This document shows positions 61,335 to 64,000 of a stretch of 64,000 nucleotides of DNA, in pieces. The translations under genes and the position numbers were made by a program. Where the stretch lies: assembly GCA_013239625.1 (NCBI GenBank), contig MU053652.1, positions 1,738,001 through 1,802,000 on the forward strand. The letters are read 5' to 3'. The number at the start of each line of letters is the position of its first letter. The stretch's first letter is position 1. The notes under the pieces are model-generated. The model did no database searches and was not told the origin of the DNA. It saw nothing but the letters and a program-made list of their open reading frames with translations. Source of the stretch: Lama guanicoe. Taxonomy: Eukaryota.

Positions 61335-61510
61335 CTCATGTTACTAAGCCTTATACTCACCATTTCCCTGCATTGCCTCGGTTAATTCTCAAAGCAATCA
61401 TGACTGGAAGGAAAGGTTTCCAGTCTTCATTTTACAGAGGAGTAGCTCTGAAAGGTGACCACACAGCCAGGTAGGTGGCAGAGAAGGGTCTGATTCCAGA
61501 AGCCAAGGGC
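61335..61510 (-). mobile_element. MIR SINE
   Basis: ttaattctcaaagcaatc...cattttacagaggag...gaccacacagccaggtaggtggcagag...tctgattccaga. Confidence 0.7.
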
Positions 61511-61879
61511 ATGGCCATGACACGCCTACTCTTCGCTGCAAATTGCAGAAAAGGAAATAAGGTGATTCCTGTGGGCGCTGTTCCGAGCATCTGGGACCCA
61601 CTACCTGCCCGGTGAATGTTCAAGAACAAATCCTCTCTCCATCCAGTGTGGCTCCTTCCCACATTTCTTCCCTGTTCAAACTCTGCCACTGCCCTGAGGG
61701 GCAGTCAAGGATTGCCCAGGGGGAGTTATCTCCCAGACTCTAACCATCAGGAGAGGGGATGGAAGGGGACTCGAAGGCCAGGGCCAGCACTGCTTCCAGC
61801 CCCGAACTGCCCTCTTCCCCAGCTACCATGGCAACGCCAGCACCTCCCACTGCCGGTCAGGTCGGGAAGGGCGGCATCC

Positions 61880-62780
61880 TCTCTGCCTGGTGCTCACTCT
61901 CGCTCTCAGTGTCAGAGGCTGTCTGCCCAGCCTCGGGGCCCCGCCCCCGAGACCCCAGTCAGTGATGGGTGCGCATTCGCACCAGAGGGGCCCGCGCTGG
62001 CCTCTGGGCAGTTTATCAAAGGAGCAGGAGAGGGCGGAGGAAGAGGAGGAGGCGGACAGCTGTGTTTGGGGTCTGAATGGGTGACGGCCCGCTCGGCCTC
62101 GGCTGGCCGCCAGCAGGGGAAGTGGGGAAGCTGTGAGGAGAATACCAACTCTCTCCTCGCAGCGGCCGACTCCAGCTGAAAGCAGCCTCCTCGCCCCTAA
62201 ATCCAATTAAAGGCCGATATTATGTCAGTGGAAATGTATGCCAATCCTAATATAGTCTAATAAGCCTTAAAATAGCACTCTGCAAGTGGAAAGCCCTGTA
62301 GTTTAATGCGATTCGCAGCCTAGTAACAGGCTTAATAAGAGGGAATTGGCCCCCTTTTATTTTCCAACTGGTCCCTGCATGCTCTTTTCTTCCCTTCTTT
62401 CCTTGCCCCCTCTTCCTCTTTCTCTGGATCTCCGAGCAGTGACAGGGCGAGGCGGGAGCCGGGGAGGTGGGCACTGCCTTCCCCGCAGAGCTTCCGGCTG
62501 AGAGGCTCCTGGTCCTGCTGCGGGAGGGAAGGTGGTTCTGGCACCGACTCCGGGTCCTCCACCCTACGCGTGACTCACTTCACGCCAGGACGGGTGCTTG
62601 CTGTTTGCTTTCCTTCCCGTTGGCAGTGGGCGAGATGGAAGTGGGATCCCTCAAGGAGATGAGAGAGGCCTCATCCCTCCCTTCTTCCGAGGCCTGGGGT
62701 CTTCACTCCCAGAACAGGACCGCCAGTGGCCACTCTCACACGCCCACCTCTGGGGCCGATGGGATGGATGGATAACTATG
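61880..62780. promoter_or_regulatory. CpG/GC-rich candidate cis-regulatory block
   Basis: Visibly retained CpGs; GC boxes 61939-61948 and 62032-62037; TCF site 62015-62021; TAAT-rich core 62190-62345; AP-1 62571-62577. Confidence 0.4.
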
Positions 62781-62905
62781 GGCAGGTCTCATAAACATGG
62801 GCTAGAAATTGCTTCAGGTCCTGCTTTATAGAACCTTGGTCCAGTTCTTGGGAGAGCAAAGGATTTCCAAACATTTAAAAAGCAGAGTTTGGGATTTAGT
62901 GTACA

Positions 62906-63675
62906 CTTTTTTTTTTACAGCTTTAATGAGATATAATTCACATTCCTTACAATTCACCCATTTAAAAAGTACAATTCTACGGCTTTTAGTATAATTACAG
63001 AGTTGTACAACTATCACCACAATCACTTTTGGAACATTTTTAGTATTCTGAAAAGAAACCCCACAACCCTTAGCCATCACCCTCCCCAACCCCCATGCCT
63101 TCCAGCCTTAGAAAACCACAAATCTGCTTTTCACCTCTACACATTTGCCTAGTCTGGATGTTTCATATAAATGAAATCATCGAATATGTGGTCCTTTGAC
63201 TTCTTTCACTCAGCACAGAGTGTTCAAGTTTCAGCCGTGTTATAACATGTGTCAGTACTTCATCCTTTTTTACTGCTGAATTATATTCTGTTATGGGTGT
63301 AGCACAATTTATTTAGCCATTTCTTATTTGATAGACTTCTGTGTTGTTTCCACTTTTTGGCTATTATGAATAATGCTGCCGTGAACATTTTGTGCAGGTT
63401 TTTGCATGGATGTGTTTTCACTTCTCTTGGATATAGATCTAGGATTGGAATTTCGGGGTAATACAGTAAATCTGTGCTAAACCGTTTAGGTAACTGACCG
63501 ACTTTCCCCCAGTGGCTGCATCATTTATAGTCTCACCAGCAACGTGAGACTATAAATGTGAGGGTTCCAATTTCTCCACCTCCTCGCCAATATTTGCTAT
63601 TGTCTGTCTTTTATTATGGCCACCCCAGGGCGTTTGGAGTGGTACCTCACTGTAGTTTTGATTTGAATTTTCCTG
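62906..63675 (-). mobile_element. LINE-1 3' region (L1MB7/8-like)
   Basis: poly-T acagctttaatgagatataattcaca...aattcacccatttaaa...cagagttgtacaactatcaccac...ggctattatgaataatgctgc...gtggtacctcactgtagttttgatttg. Confidence 0.92.
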
Positions 63676-63734
63676 AGTGGAATTAATGTACTTTTGGTCT
63701 CAACTAGCCTGTCAGCTAATATAAACAGTGAGTG

Positions 63735-63910
63735 ATGAATTCAGACCTCAGCTCTGGTGATTATTAACCAGATAATCTTGAATAGGTAACAATTTCTCCG
63801 AGTCTCAGTTTCCAGATCTGTTGAATTTGAGGTTGAGATACCTCCTCAGGTTGTGAAGATAACAGAGAATGTAGGGGAAGCAGCCAGCTTGCAAAGGGTA
63901 GGCTCACAAT
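63735..63910 (+). mobile_element. MIR SINE (degraded)
   Basis: tcagctctg...tctccgagtctcagtttcc..atctg...atacctcctcaggttgtgaagataa. Confidence 0.6.
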
Positions 63911-64000
63911 TCACGTTCCTTCCCTCCCCTCACCCCTGATACTTATACCCCCATTTTCATCCTGGCACAATAGGAATGATATTGATATGCGCTCCACCAA

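Noticed and set aside
1..64000. CRISPR array, operon or other prokaryotic/viral system
   Set aside because: The sequence is clearly mammalian; no regularly spaced repeats, long ORFs or recognisable retroviral coding remnants were seen.

Overview
Mammalian (eutherian) non-coding genomic DNA, roughly 50% GC by eye. I recognise no protein-coding exon, RNA gene or CRISPR array. The ORF track (all <200 aa) looks like chance ORFs in GC-rich or repeat sequence. The window is a mosaic of ancient repeats (MIR, L2, L1M 3' ends, hAT-Charlie/Blackjack and Tigger MITEs, one MaLR LTR) plus two tRNA-Ala-derived SINEs of the camelid Vic-1 type. I saw no Alu, B1, Bov-A/tA, PRE or SINEC copies, which suggests alpaca/llama/camel (inference). 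Between the repeats are many unique, motif-dense blocks (Pbx-Hox, TCF/LEF, GRE+C/EBP, forkhead, homeobox) that look like the enhancer landscape of a large intron or intergenic region near a developmental gene; I could not identify the host gene. The most notable observations are a ~135-bp candidate retrocopied mRNA 3' end inside an old L1 (49.6 kb), four clustered TCF/LEF sites (51.2 kb), fold-back inverted duplications (best: 15-bp perfect stem at 63.5 kb), an anticodon-arm-deleted SINE with a target-site duplication (TSD), and a CpG-rich promoter/enhancer-like block at 61.9-62.8 kb. I found no evidence of a genuinely new biological system. Repeat boundaries are approximate and subfamily names come from memory of consensus sequences, not from a database search.
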